DNA of 26,601 nucleotides, taken from assembly GCA_042216335.1 (NCBI GenBank), contig JBDGTY010000005.1, positions 1 through 26,601 on the forward strand, in the 5' to 3' direction. This DNA comes from Candidatus Nanohalobium sp. Lineage in GTDB: Archaea; Nanohalarchaeota; Nanosalinia; Nanosalinales; Nanosalinaceae. Positions 17,477 to 24,650 of the stretch are shown here, piece by piece (within the stretch, counting starts at the first letter, position 1; the number at the start of each line of letters is the position of its first letter). A program made the translations under genes and the position numbers. The notes beneath the pieces are model-generated. The model was not told the origin of the DNA. It did no database searches and saw nothing but the letters and a program-made list of their open reading frames with translations.

Positions 17477-17983
17477 CTAATTGAAACTTCTTGCTTTTTC
17501 CTTTTTAGGCCGAGCATGCATCACGCAGTAAGCATCCTCAGGATTCCTCTCGAAGTAGTCCTGATGCTTCTCCTCCGCCCTGTAAAAACTTTCCAGCTTC
17601 TCGACCTCGGTGACAACCTCATCTTCATACTCCGACCTCTTCTTCTCGATAAACTCTTCGACAGTTTCTCTCTGCTCCTCATCCCTGTAAAGAATAATAG
17701 AGCGGTACTGGGAGCCTACGTCCGGGCCTTCCCTGTCCTCGGTGGTCGGGTCGTGGATCCTGAAGAAGAACTCAAGAACTTTTTCAAGACTGATCGCTTC
17801 TTCATCGAACTCGACTTTGACTACTTCCGCGTGTCCGGTATCGCCGTTGCAGACCTCCCTGTAGTTCGGATTCTCTGTGTGGCCTCCTGCATAACCTGAA
17901 ATGGCTTCCTTTACTCCTTCAAGCTCCTTGAACGCTGCCTCAGTGCACCAGAAGCATCCGCCACCCAAAACGATCTCATTCAT
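17477..17983 (-). CDS. msrA: Peptide methionine sulfoxide reductase A
   Basis: GGGCFWCTE, SGYAGG, TGHAEVV, HDPT, GSQYRS and AEEKHQDY. Confidence 0.97.
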   Translation of the reverse strand: MNEIVLGGGCFWCTEAAFKELEGVKEAISGYAGGHTENPNYREVCNGDTGHAEVVKVEFDEEAISLEKVLEFFFRIHDPTTEDREGPDVGSQYRSIILYRDEEQRETVEEFIEKKRSEYEDEVVTEVEKLESFYRAEEKHQDYFERNPEDAYCVMHARPKKEKARSFN

Positions 17984-18036
17984 CAGGCTACCGCCTCACA
18001 GTTGGCTGATTCCAGAAAACTTGTTTTCGTTGTCAT

Positions 18037-18405
18037 CTATTTCACCTCCGGTTCGAACTCCAGCGCCACACCATTGATACAGTACCTCTTACCTGTTTTA
18101 TCCTCCGGCCCATCGTCGAATACATGGCCTAAATGTGCCTCACAGTTAGAGCATACCACTTCGGTTCTCACCATGCCGGCCGAGGTATCCTTCCTCTTCT
18201 CGATGTTATCGCTTTCCGCGTCCCAGAAGCTCGGCCAGCCAGTACCAGAATCAAACTTTGTGTCCGAATCGAAAAGCTCCTGGCCGCACTTCTTGCAGAC
18301 AAAAGTGCCGTCCCTGTCCTCATCCAAGAGCTCGGAGGTGCCCAGCGGCTCCGTGCCGCATCTCTCAATAACTTCGGTTTCAAGTTCTGAGAATTCTTCT
18401 TTCAT
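18037..18405 (-). CDS. msrB: Peptide methionine sulfoxide reductase B
   Basis: [36 protein letters not shown] and RYCING; start MKEEF at 18405. Confidence 0.97.
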   Translation of the reverse strand: MKEEFSELETEVIERCGTEPLGTSELLDEDRDGTFVCKKCGQELFDSDTKFDSGTGWPSFWDAESDNIEKRKDTSAGMVRTEVVCSNCEAHLGHVFDDGPEDKTGKRYCINGVALEFEPEVK

Positions 18406-18488
18406 AGTTGATAATGATAATCTAGATGTTAAATCTCTCAAGAATGGATGAAATCAAAAATCAGTACAGCCCATATAATGCAGAATTA

Positions 18489-18593
18489 TGCGGCGTCCGT
18501 GATTTGAACACGGGTTCCTGCCAATCTGCCGCAAAGATCGGTTGACCTTTGGTTGGCAAGGCAGTGTCTTAGACCAAACTGGACCAACGCCGC
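18489..18593 (-). tRNA. tRNA-Gly(GCC) with a 30-nt BHB intron at 37/38 (intron 18524-18553)
   Basis: Acceptor GCGGCGT/ACGCCGC, anticodon stem CTGCC/GGCAG, T-arm CCGTG-TTCAAAT-CACGG; TTGC pairs with intron GCAG, followed by an AT^T bulge. Confidence 0.95.
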
Positions 18594-18825
18594 TTCAGAG
18601 ATAAGCGAAAGCTTGAACCCTCCGGATAGGTAGTTTTGCACCGGGAGGGCCTAAATCTTGTTGTTTTTTGGAGGCCGCTCCCGGTCTTTTGTGGTGTGGA
18701 GGAGTGGAGGATGGGCGGGTGTATTGAGTGTGGTTTCCTCTAAGTTTTAATAGTGTTCTCTGGACCCGGGGGGGTTCCCGACCGGTAAGGAAGAAGTTTT
18801 TGAATCTATGTAGGAAGGTGAAGTT

Positions 18826-19746
18826 ATGAGTGAAGAAGTCAGGGACCTGATCGTTGTGGGCGGTGCTTCTGCTGCGCAGAGTGCTGCTATATACGCCAAA
18901 CGCTCCGGAGTCGATGTAACTGTTATCGCGGACGAGTACGGAGGCCAGTTGAACAACACTGATTCCGTGGAGAACTACCTGGGTTTCAAGCATGAGTCGG
19001 GGCCGGAGCTGGCCGACCGGTTCCTTGAACACATGAGGGAATACGACATAGAGGAGGAGAAAGGCTTCAAGGTCACGGATATCCAGAAAAAAGATGATGT
19101 CTTTGAGGTGGAGCGTGAGGATGGAAGAGTCTTCAGGTCCTATGCTGTTATCATCGCGACGGGCGGACACAGGAGGAAGCTGGGTATCCCTGGCGAGGAG
19201 GAGTTCGCCAATAAAGGTGTCGGCTACTGTGCGGTATGCGACGGCCCGCTCTACAAGGGAGAAGAGGTCGCGGTCGTCGGAGGAGGATACGCCGGGACGG
19301 AGGCAGCCGACTACCTCTCCGACATCGCCGAAAAGGTCTACGTGCTTTCCCGATCAGGAGTACTGAAAGGAGAACAGATCACCATCGACAAGGTCGAGGA
19401 AGACGACAATGTGGAAGTCATCAGGGAAGCGACCGCAGAAGAATTCTACGGAGACAATCTGCTCGAAGGCCTGAAGTACAATCATAAAGGTGAGATGAAG
19501 GATTTAGAATTAACGGGCGCGTTTATCGAGATCGGGACAGTCCCCAACTCGGACATCTGCGACCTGGTCGACAAAACCGACTCGGGCAGGATAGAAGCCG
19601 ACGAGGCGATGGAGACTGGAGTTGACGGACTTTATGCCGCTGGAGATGTCAATGATGTAGGGGTGCAGCAGGTCCAGGTCTCGGCAGGACAGGGATGTCA
19701 GGCAGGGCTGAACGCTGCGGACTACGTGAAGAAAGTGAAAGATTAA
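18826..19746 (+). CDS. trxB: Thioredoxin reductase (FAD-dependent disulfide oxidoreductase)
   Basis: GGQL, VENYLG, IIATG, GVGYCAVCDG, VVGGG and YAAGD. Confidence 0.93.
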   Translation: MSEEVRDLIVVGGASAAQSAAIYAKRSGVDVTVIADEYGGQLNNTDSVENYLGFKHESGPELADRFLEHMREYDIEEEKGFKVTDIQKKDDVFEVEREDGRVFRSYAVIIATGGHRRKLGIPGEEEFANKGVGYCAVCDGPLYKGEEVAVVGGGYAGTEAADYLSDIAEKVYVLSRSGVLKGEQITIDKVEEDDNVEVIREATAEEFYGDNLLEGLKYNHKGEMKDLELTGAFIEIGTVPNSDICDLVDKTDSGRIEADEAMETGVDGLYAAGDVNDVGVQQVQVSAGQGCQAGLNAADYVKKVKD

Positions 19747-20390
19747 TCCGAGAGTTGGAAATCCAGTTTCTCGAAAATCTCCGGCTTAACTATCTCAAAG
19801 ATTTTTTCATGGCCGTCCGGATTCGGGTGTACGCCATCCCAGAGTTTCTCATCCCATGATTCTTCATTCAGGCGGTCGAACAGCGGTATAAACTTCGTGG
19901 ATTTTTCCTCGGCCACTTCCTCTATTATCTTCTCGTAGTCCTCTATCTCCGAGTTAAGGAATGATGCTTCCGGCTCGTCCGGCATCGGATCAGCCCTTGA
20001 TTCGTCTACCGGGGTCAGGCCGACAAGTATCAATTGGTCTGTCTCCTCTCGGCACTTCTCTATTAATTCTTCCAAGTTTTCCCTGAAGTCTCCTCTAGAT
20101 ACTCTGTTGCCGTCCTCCTCAAGTATCGAGTCGTTTATACCTATCGCGACGACAGCAGTGATATCGCGGTTGGTGTCAGACATCGCTTCTATCTCGTTGA
20201 GGATACGGTCTTTCAATCCTTCAGAAGTATCTCCGGAGACACCTCTAAGGTAAGTCAGATTGTAGTCGAAGAATGGCTCGGCTTTCTCTATCTGTTTCTG
20301 GTTTATCTCCTGTCTGATCCTGGCCGGCCAGCCGCCTTCATCGTCCCAGCAGCCCTGAGCGATAGAGTCTCCGAAGATTATCAGGTTCAT
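19743..20390 (-). CDS. SGNH/GDSL hydrolase
   Basis: FGDSI, GVSGDT, IGIND and DGVHPN. Confidence 0.92.
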   Translation of the reverse strand: MNLIIFGDSIAQGCWDDEGGWPARIRQEINQKQIEKAEPFFDYNLTYLRGVSGDTSEGLKDRILNEIEAMSDTNRDITAVVAIGINDSILEEDGNRVSRGDFRENLEELIEKCREETDQLILVGLTPVDESRADPMPDEPEASFLNSEIEDYEKIIEEVAEEKSTKFIPLFDRLNEESWDEKLWDGVHPNPDGHEKIFEIVKPEIFEKLDFQLSD

Positions 20391-20442
20391 AAAGGTGCTA
20401 ACTACTGCTCAGATTAATACATGTTGGTATTTACTGGCAGAG

Positions 20443-20880
20443 TCAGTGATTAACGGGTAGGTATTCCAGTATTTCTGTGTCTTTTTCTATATTTCCATAG
20501 CCTTTGAGGCGTATCTCTCCGGGACTTACCGGTGCGAGGTTGGTTTCCTGGAGTGCGCCGTTCAGCCTCTTCCATGTTGTGCCGTCCACGTCACCGTATA
20601 CGGCCTCTGCTACAAGCTCGTTTGCGCTGTATCTGTCCCTGTAGGTGCACTCCCATTCCTGTTCAAAGTTTCCGGTGCTTCTCTCCACCAGTCCGACGAG
20701 GCTGGAGAAGTCGTCGCCGTCAAGGAAAAACTGTCTCTCAGTGCCGGCATCCTCAGGGCTTAAACTAACTCCAACTTTGCCTTCCTTCAACAGAGCGGTA
20801 ACCGCGGAAGAAGGTATAGAGATTTCGCCGTCGGCACGCCGGTAAACCCTGTCAGGGTCGGGAAGAGACTTCGTTGCCAC
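20443..20880 (-). CDS. Hypothetical protein
   Basis: 145-aa acidic ORF, no recognisable motif. Confidence 0.6.
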   Translation of the reverse strand: MATKSLPDPDRVYRRADGEISIPSSAVTALLKEGKVGVSLSPEDAGTERQFFLDGDDFSSLVGLVERSTGNFEQEWECTYRDRYSANELVAEAVYGDVDGTTWKRLNGALQETNLAPVSPGEIRLKGYGNIEKDTEILEYLPVNH

Positions 20881-20975
20881 GATACCGTTTTCTCATATAC
20901 TATTTAGAACTTTACCAAACTTTTCCGGACTCCAGCCGAATTCAACCTAAAAATGTTCCGAAACAAAATACACCT

Positions 20976-21221
20976 ATGCCTCAGGAAACCAAGATGACCA
21001 AGTGCGTGTTCTGCGGAGAGAACGCCACCACCAAGAACCGTGAAGGTCAGCCGGTCTGCCAGGAACACAAGAAGAAGGATCCGAAGGATGTGGCGTGCCC
21101 GGAGTGCGGCATGCCGATGAAGATCAAGGAGGGAAGATACGGGTTTTTCTGGGGCTGCGAAGGTTATCCTCAGTGCCAGGAAACCTTCCAGATCGAGGCC
21201 CTGGTTGAGGATGAGGATTAA
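20976..21221 (+). CDS. Small zinc-ribbon protein (topoisomerase C4 Zn-finger type plus an extra Zn site)
   Basis: CVFC..VCQEH and CPECG.PM.IKEGRYG.FWGC.GYP.C; start ATG at 20976. Confidence 0.85.
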   Translation: MPQETKMTKCVFCGENATTKNREGQPVCQEHKKKDPKDVACPECGMPMKIKEGRYGFFWGCEGYPQCQETFQIEALVEDED

Positions 21222-21563
21222 CGCATCTCCTGAAGGTCGACGTACTCCGTAGACTGGACCAGGTTATCTCCGGACCATCTTCCATATATCGTTGCCCGTC
21301 CATCATTCTCGAAGAAACCGTACATACCATCAAGCCCCTGTTCCATATCCTCAAGGTCTTCAGCCAGTCCAAGTATATCCTGATAGGTTCCTACATGCTC
21401 TCCGGAATCCGTGCTCAACCTGTAGGACTCCTGAACCTTTTCAACCTCATAAACAGTGTCATCAAGCAGCCTGTTGGCTTCCTCAACCGTCAGATCTGAT
21501 ACAGGGTTTTCAAGACTTTCATCGACAGATTCGGAAGTATCGCGTGTTGTACTCACCTCCACA
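21218..21563 (-). CDS. Hypothetical acidic protein
   Basis: Acidic ORF; start uncertain (GTG near 21557-21563 rather than 21649). Confidence 0.55.
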
Positions 21564-21659
21564 GTTAATAACAGAGCAGTTTTTAAAACTTGCGTCCCAG
21601 AAGGGAGGCCGAAAACCATCTGCATGATTAAAGTAATTTCCGACATCACACCACTACAG

Positions 21660-21790
21660 GAGTCTGTAGCTCAGCTGGACAGAGCACTCGGTTCCTAAAT
21701 CCCTGTTCCACTGTGAAGAGGGTTCAAGAAAATCTGTGATTTTCAACTGGAGATACCGAGAGGTCGAGGGTTCAAATCCCTCCAGACTCG
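21660..21790 (+). tRNA. tRNA-Arg(CCT) with a 57-nt intron at 37/38 (intron 21698-21754)
   Basis: Acceptor GAGTCTG/CAGACTC, D-stem GCTC/GAGC, anticodon stem CTCGG/CCGAG, T-arm GAGGG-TTCAAAT-CCCTC; TTCC pairs with intron GGAG. Confidence 0.95.
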
Positions 21791-21797
21791 CAGCCAG

Positions 21798-21804
21798 TTT
21801 AAAT
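21798..21804 (+). promoter_or_regulatory. TATA box of tRNA-Leu
   Basis: TTTAAAT about 30 bp upstream of 21831. Confidence 0.55.
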
Positions 21805-21830
21805 CTTGTTATCAAACAGAGAAGATAGAT

Positions 21831-22100
21831 GCAGGGGTAGCCAAGTGGTCAAACTCCTGAGAGTTTGAAATCACAGAAAACCCTCAGCGGTTTTCGAGTG
21901 GTCAAACTCCTTACGGAGTTTTTCCTCGAACCATCTCTAACGAGAAAGTTCGATGGTCAAAGGCTAGAGGAGGACCAGAGGCGCAGCGTTCAGGAAACGA
22001 CTTTCTCCCCCGAGAGAAGGTCGTTGGAGAAGACGAATGTCTTCGATTTGAGATGCGCTGTCCCCTAGCGGGTTCGCAGGTTCAAATCCTGCCTCCTGCA
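21831..22100 (+). tRNA. tRNA-Leu(CAG) with two introns: 126 nt in the D-loop (about 21/22; 21853-21978) and 60 nt at 37/38 (21995-22054)
   Basis: The spliced product GCAGGGGTAGCCAAGTGGTCAA|AGGCGCAGCGTTCAGG|GCGCTGTCCCCTAGCGGGTTCGCAGGTTCAAATCCTGCCTCCTGCA is a typical 84-nt archaeal Leu tRNA; BHB1 is GGTC/GACC plus CTCCT/AGGAG; BHB2 is TTCA/TGAG. Confidence 0.92.
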
Positions 22101-22168
22101 CTTTCTCTACCGAACACACGCCAGGTCCAGTCCTTATGGCAAATAGATCCATGTCAAGAAATCCGATA

Positions 22169-22175
22169 TTTAAAA
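22169..22175 (+). promoter_or_regulatory. TATA box of tRNA-Arg(TCG)
   Basis: TTTAAAA about 30-35 bp upstream of 22206. Confidence 0.5.
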
Positions 22176-22205
22176 CTGGCCGAACCATTTCCCTCCATAA
22201 GGCGA

Positions 22206-22458
22206 GGGCCCGTAGCTCAGCTTGGACAGAGCATTCGGCTTCGGAGGCATGTTACGCTACGCCAACGCAACAAGCCATGCCTTATATGGCTTCCGGAAAG
22301 CTTGTGGATTCGAGGCGTAGCCGACTCGGTGAAACCAGTTTCACTCGATCGACTGAAATCTATTATTTCATCGAGGAATGGAACCCTAGTGACAGTCAGG
22401 TCGTAGGGCTCCGACCTAAGATACCGAAAGGTCCAGGGTTCAAATCCCTGCGGGCTCG
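22206..22458 (+). tRNA. tRNA-Arg(TCG) with a 178-nt intron at 37/38 (intron 22245-22422)
   Basis: Acceptor GGGCCCG/CGGGCTC, anticodon stem TTCGG/CCGAA, T-arm CAGGG-TTCAAAT-CCCTG; relaxed BHB CTTC/TAAG plus GG/CC. Confidence 0.92.
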
Positions 22459-22512
22459 TTATCAATCCGTTAATTTCTGGGAGAACTGTGGAACTGCTTC
22501 GTCTGGCAGTCC

Positions 22513-22535
22513 GTTTGAATCCCTGCGGGCTCGTT
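22513..22535 (+). repeat. Duplicated tRNA-Arg 3' end (att-like direct repeat)
   Basis: AATCCCTGCGGGCTCGTT is identical at 22443-22460 and 22518-22535; 21 of 23 bases match when extended to the GTT. Confidence 0.85.
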
Positions 22536-22671
22536 TCTGTCGTTGCTGTCTTTTCCCGAAGGAATGTTTTTGTATTTTATAAAGATGGCTGCGTTAGTTT
22601 TTGACGTGTAGATGGGATTGATTGACCGGTTGAGAGATCTGGTTTCCCGGCTTGAAGAAAAGGTGATAATT

Positions 22672-23868
22672 ATGTCGAATGAGGATAGCTCGCAGGGTTC
22701 GGAGGAGAACAAGGAAAAGCAGAAATCGGGGAAGAAGCAGAAGGTACAGTTCCCGCAGTACTTTCAGCAGCAGCGGCGTACGAAGCCGAAGAACCCGAAC
22801 AGCACCGACCTGAAAACCCCTGTCATGCGGGGTGTCGTCGTCTCGGAGTTCGACGGTGACAGGATCTGGGTAGAGGCTTCAGGCAACATGAAGGGACGTT
22901 ACGGCGTCGAGGTACCGAACGGTTACGAGCCTTCAGACTTCCAGCCTGGGACGGAGGTTGCACTCGATCCCAACAGCTTCAAGGTAACGGATATCGTTGA
23001 CAAGGGCCGGGATGCAGAGTTCCAGCCGGTAGATACCGACGTAACCTTCCAGGATATCGGAGGTCTTGACCATGTCATCCAGAGTCTTTCCTCGAATGTC
23101 GGAGCCCAGTTGAACAGCAACAAGCTGGAGAAAATCCAGTCCTGGGGGATGAACATGGACAAAAGCATACTACTTATCGGACGGCCAGGAACCGGAAAGA
23201 CACACCTTGTCAAGGCGTTGAGCAACGAGTACGACGCCAACATGTTCATGGTCAACGGCCCGCAGCTGGTCGAAAAGTTCATAGGGGAAGGAGCCAAGAA
23301 AGTCAAGCGCCTCTATGAACAGGCCCGCGCCTCGGAGAAACCAGCGATCGTGTTCATCGACGAGATAGACGCCATCGCCAAGAAACGTCTCGACGACAGG
23401 AGACACGGTGGAGAGGAAGTCGAGAGAACGATGAGCCAGCTTCTATCCGAGCTTGACGGACTGGACAGCGAGGAAGGAAACGTCATCAGCATCTTCGCCT
23501 CCAACACGCCGGACATCATCGACCCAGCACTGCTGAACAGGACTTCCGCCATCGAAGTGCCGGTACCCAACAGGGAGGCCAAGGAAGAAATCCTCAAGGT
23601 CCACACAAGGCAGATGGATCTCGACGACGGAATCGACCTCGGCATGATCGCCGAAGAACTCGACGAAGAGTTCACAGGCCGCGACATAAAACAGATCGCC
23701 AAACAGGCCGCCGTCAACGCACTCGACGCCAGCGACGACTTCTCAAACGCACAGGTCGGCATGGAAGACTTCAAAGAATCCATCCAGGACCTGAAAGACG
23801 GCAACCTCGGAGTCGAGAAAGACTTCCTCGGCACAGCCAACGAACATCCAAACGAGATGTTCGCCTAA
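22672..23868 (+). CDS. Divergent proteasome-activating nucleotidase (PAN)-like AAA+ ATPase
   Basis: PGTEVALD OB-like region, VTFQDIGGL, GRPGTGKT, KFIGEGA, IVFIDEIDAIA, EVERTM.QLL.ELDG, C-terminal MFA; AGGTGAT SD before the ATG at 22672. Confidence 0.85.
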   Translation: MSNEDSSQGSEENKEKQKSGKKQKVQFPQYFQQQRRTKPKNPNSTDLKTPVMRGVVVSEFDGDRIWVEASGNMKGRYGVEVPNGYEPSDFQPGTEVALDPNSFKVTDIVDKGRDAEFQPVDTDVTFQDIGGLDHVIQSLSSNVGAQLNSNKLEKIQSWGMNMDKSILLIGRPGTGKTHLVKALSNEYDANMFMVNGPQLVEKFIGEGAKKVKRLYEQARASEKPAIVFIDEIDAIAKKRLDDRRHGGEEVERTMSQLLSELDGLDSEEGNVISIFASNTPDIIDPALLNRTSAIEVPVPNREAKEEILKVHTRQMDLDDGIDLGMIAEELDEEFTGRDIKQIAKQAAVNALDASDDFSNAQVGMEDFKESIQDLKDGNLGVEKDFLGTANEHPNEMFA

Positions 23869-23906
23869 ATACTTCTTTCTATCCTCTTCCTACACTACCT
23901 ACTTGC

Positions 23907-23952
23907 TGTAGTAGGTACAGTAAATCAGGCAACTTTTACTGTAGCGACTACA
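23907..23952. promoter_or_regulatory. Long imperfect inverted repeat upstream of the TA-like operon
   Basis: TGTAGT-AGG-TACAGTAAA-(10 nt)-TTTACTGTA-GCG-ACTACA. Confidence 0.55.
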
Positions 23953-24002
23953 TTCTTTGAATTCTTGTTAATACCATCAGCCAATTTAATGCAGGAAATT
24001 AA

Positions 24003-24302
24003 ATGAAAAGTGTGAATCCTGAAAAACTTGGGCAGAAGCTTGAAGAATCAGGATACGACAGGATTGAGTTCACTCCGCACTTCTACCACCGCGCCAGACG
24101 CAGAAATATTGATGCAGAAACAGCGAAGAGAAAATTGGGAGAACACGAGTTTGTGGAAGTCAGGGAAAACAATCAGAGCGACCCTAAATTCGACCACTCC
24201 TACAAAGTCACTATCAAAGCAGAGGACGGCCGGTACGAGATGCCGATATACTTTAATGTTCCAGGACCCAAACTAATTGTTAAGAGCATCTGGCCGAGGT
24301 GA
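24003..24302 (+). CDS. DUF4258-like (RelE/BrnT-fold) putative toxin
   Basis: IEFTPHFYHRARRRNI N-terminus and LIVKSIWPR C-terminus; sits upstream of a DUF2283 gene. Confidence 0.65.
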   Translation: MKSVNPEKLGQKLEESGYDRIEFTPHFYHRARRRNIDAETAKRKLGEHEFVEVRENNQSDPKFDHSYKVTIKAEDGRYEMPIYFNVPGPKLIVKSIWPR

Positions 24303-24309
24303 AAAAAGA

Positions 24310-24621
24310 ATGCCGAAAGTAGAATACAACAGAGAACTGGACATACTGATTGTTGAGGAAGACGACTACGAAGACTACGGTGAGAGCCAGGAACTCGGCG
24401 GCTTCGTGCTCGACCTTGACTCCGACTCAGAGTTTCTCGGCCTGGAGATTATAGATGCGTCCCAGAAAACTCCGCTGACGCGGGAAGAACTTCAGGATAT
24501 ACAGGAAGCAGAAGTCGAACTAGAGAAACAAGAAGACTACATCAGGATAAACGTCACAGTAACCCTGAACACAGGAAAAAGCGTTATCTCCAGCCAGTAC
24601 CCGAGAACAGCCACAGCCTAA
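24310..24621 (+). CDS. DUF2283 domain protein (putative antitoxin)
   Basis: VEYNRELDILIV...FVLDLD..EFLGLEIIDAS; start MPKVE at 24310. Confidence 0.8.
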   Translation: MPKVEYNRELDILIVEEDDYEDYGESQELGGFVLDLDSDSEFLGLEIIDASQKTPLTREELQDIQEAEVELEKQEDYIRINVTVTLNTGKSVISSQYPRTATA

Positions 24622-24650
24622 AAAACTTTCAGATACTTAACCAGAAAATT

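Noticed and set aside
18623-18655. CCCTCCGG...CCGGGAGGG inverted repeat upstream of tRNA-Gly
   Set aside because: A single imperfect stem in a promoter region with no further ncRNA evidence.
21844-21964. CRISPR-like mini-array from the TGGTCAAA repeats
   Set aside because: Only 2-3 short copies lying inside a tRNA intron, and no cas genes in the window.
21698-22422. C/D box guide RNAs within the introns
   Set aside because: Only isolated CTGA or GTGAAGA matches; no ordered C-D'-C'-D set with guides could be supported by eye.
21865-22582. ORFs 21865-22068, 21964-22188, 22053-22406, 22136-22582 and 22217-22465 as intron-encoded proteins
   Set aside because: They overlap tRNA exons, are not acidic like the real proteins here, and show no LAGLIDADG or other motif.
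565-23840. Long antisense ORFs (e.g. 565-1137, 3705-4424, 9318-9938, 9566-10261, 18595-19170, 23313-23840)
   Set aside because: Ser/Leu/Phe-rich shadows of Glu/Lys-rich genes on the opposite strand.
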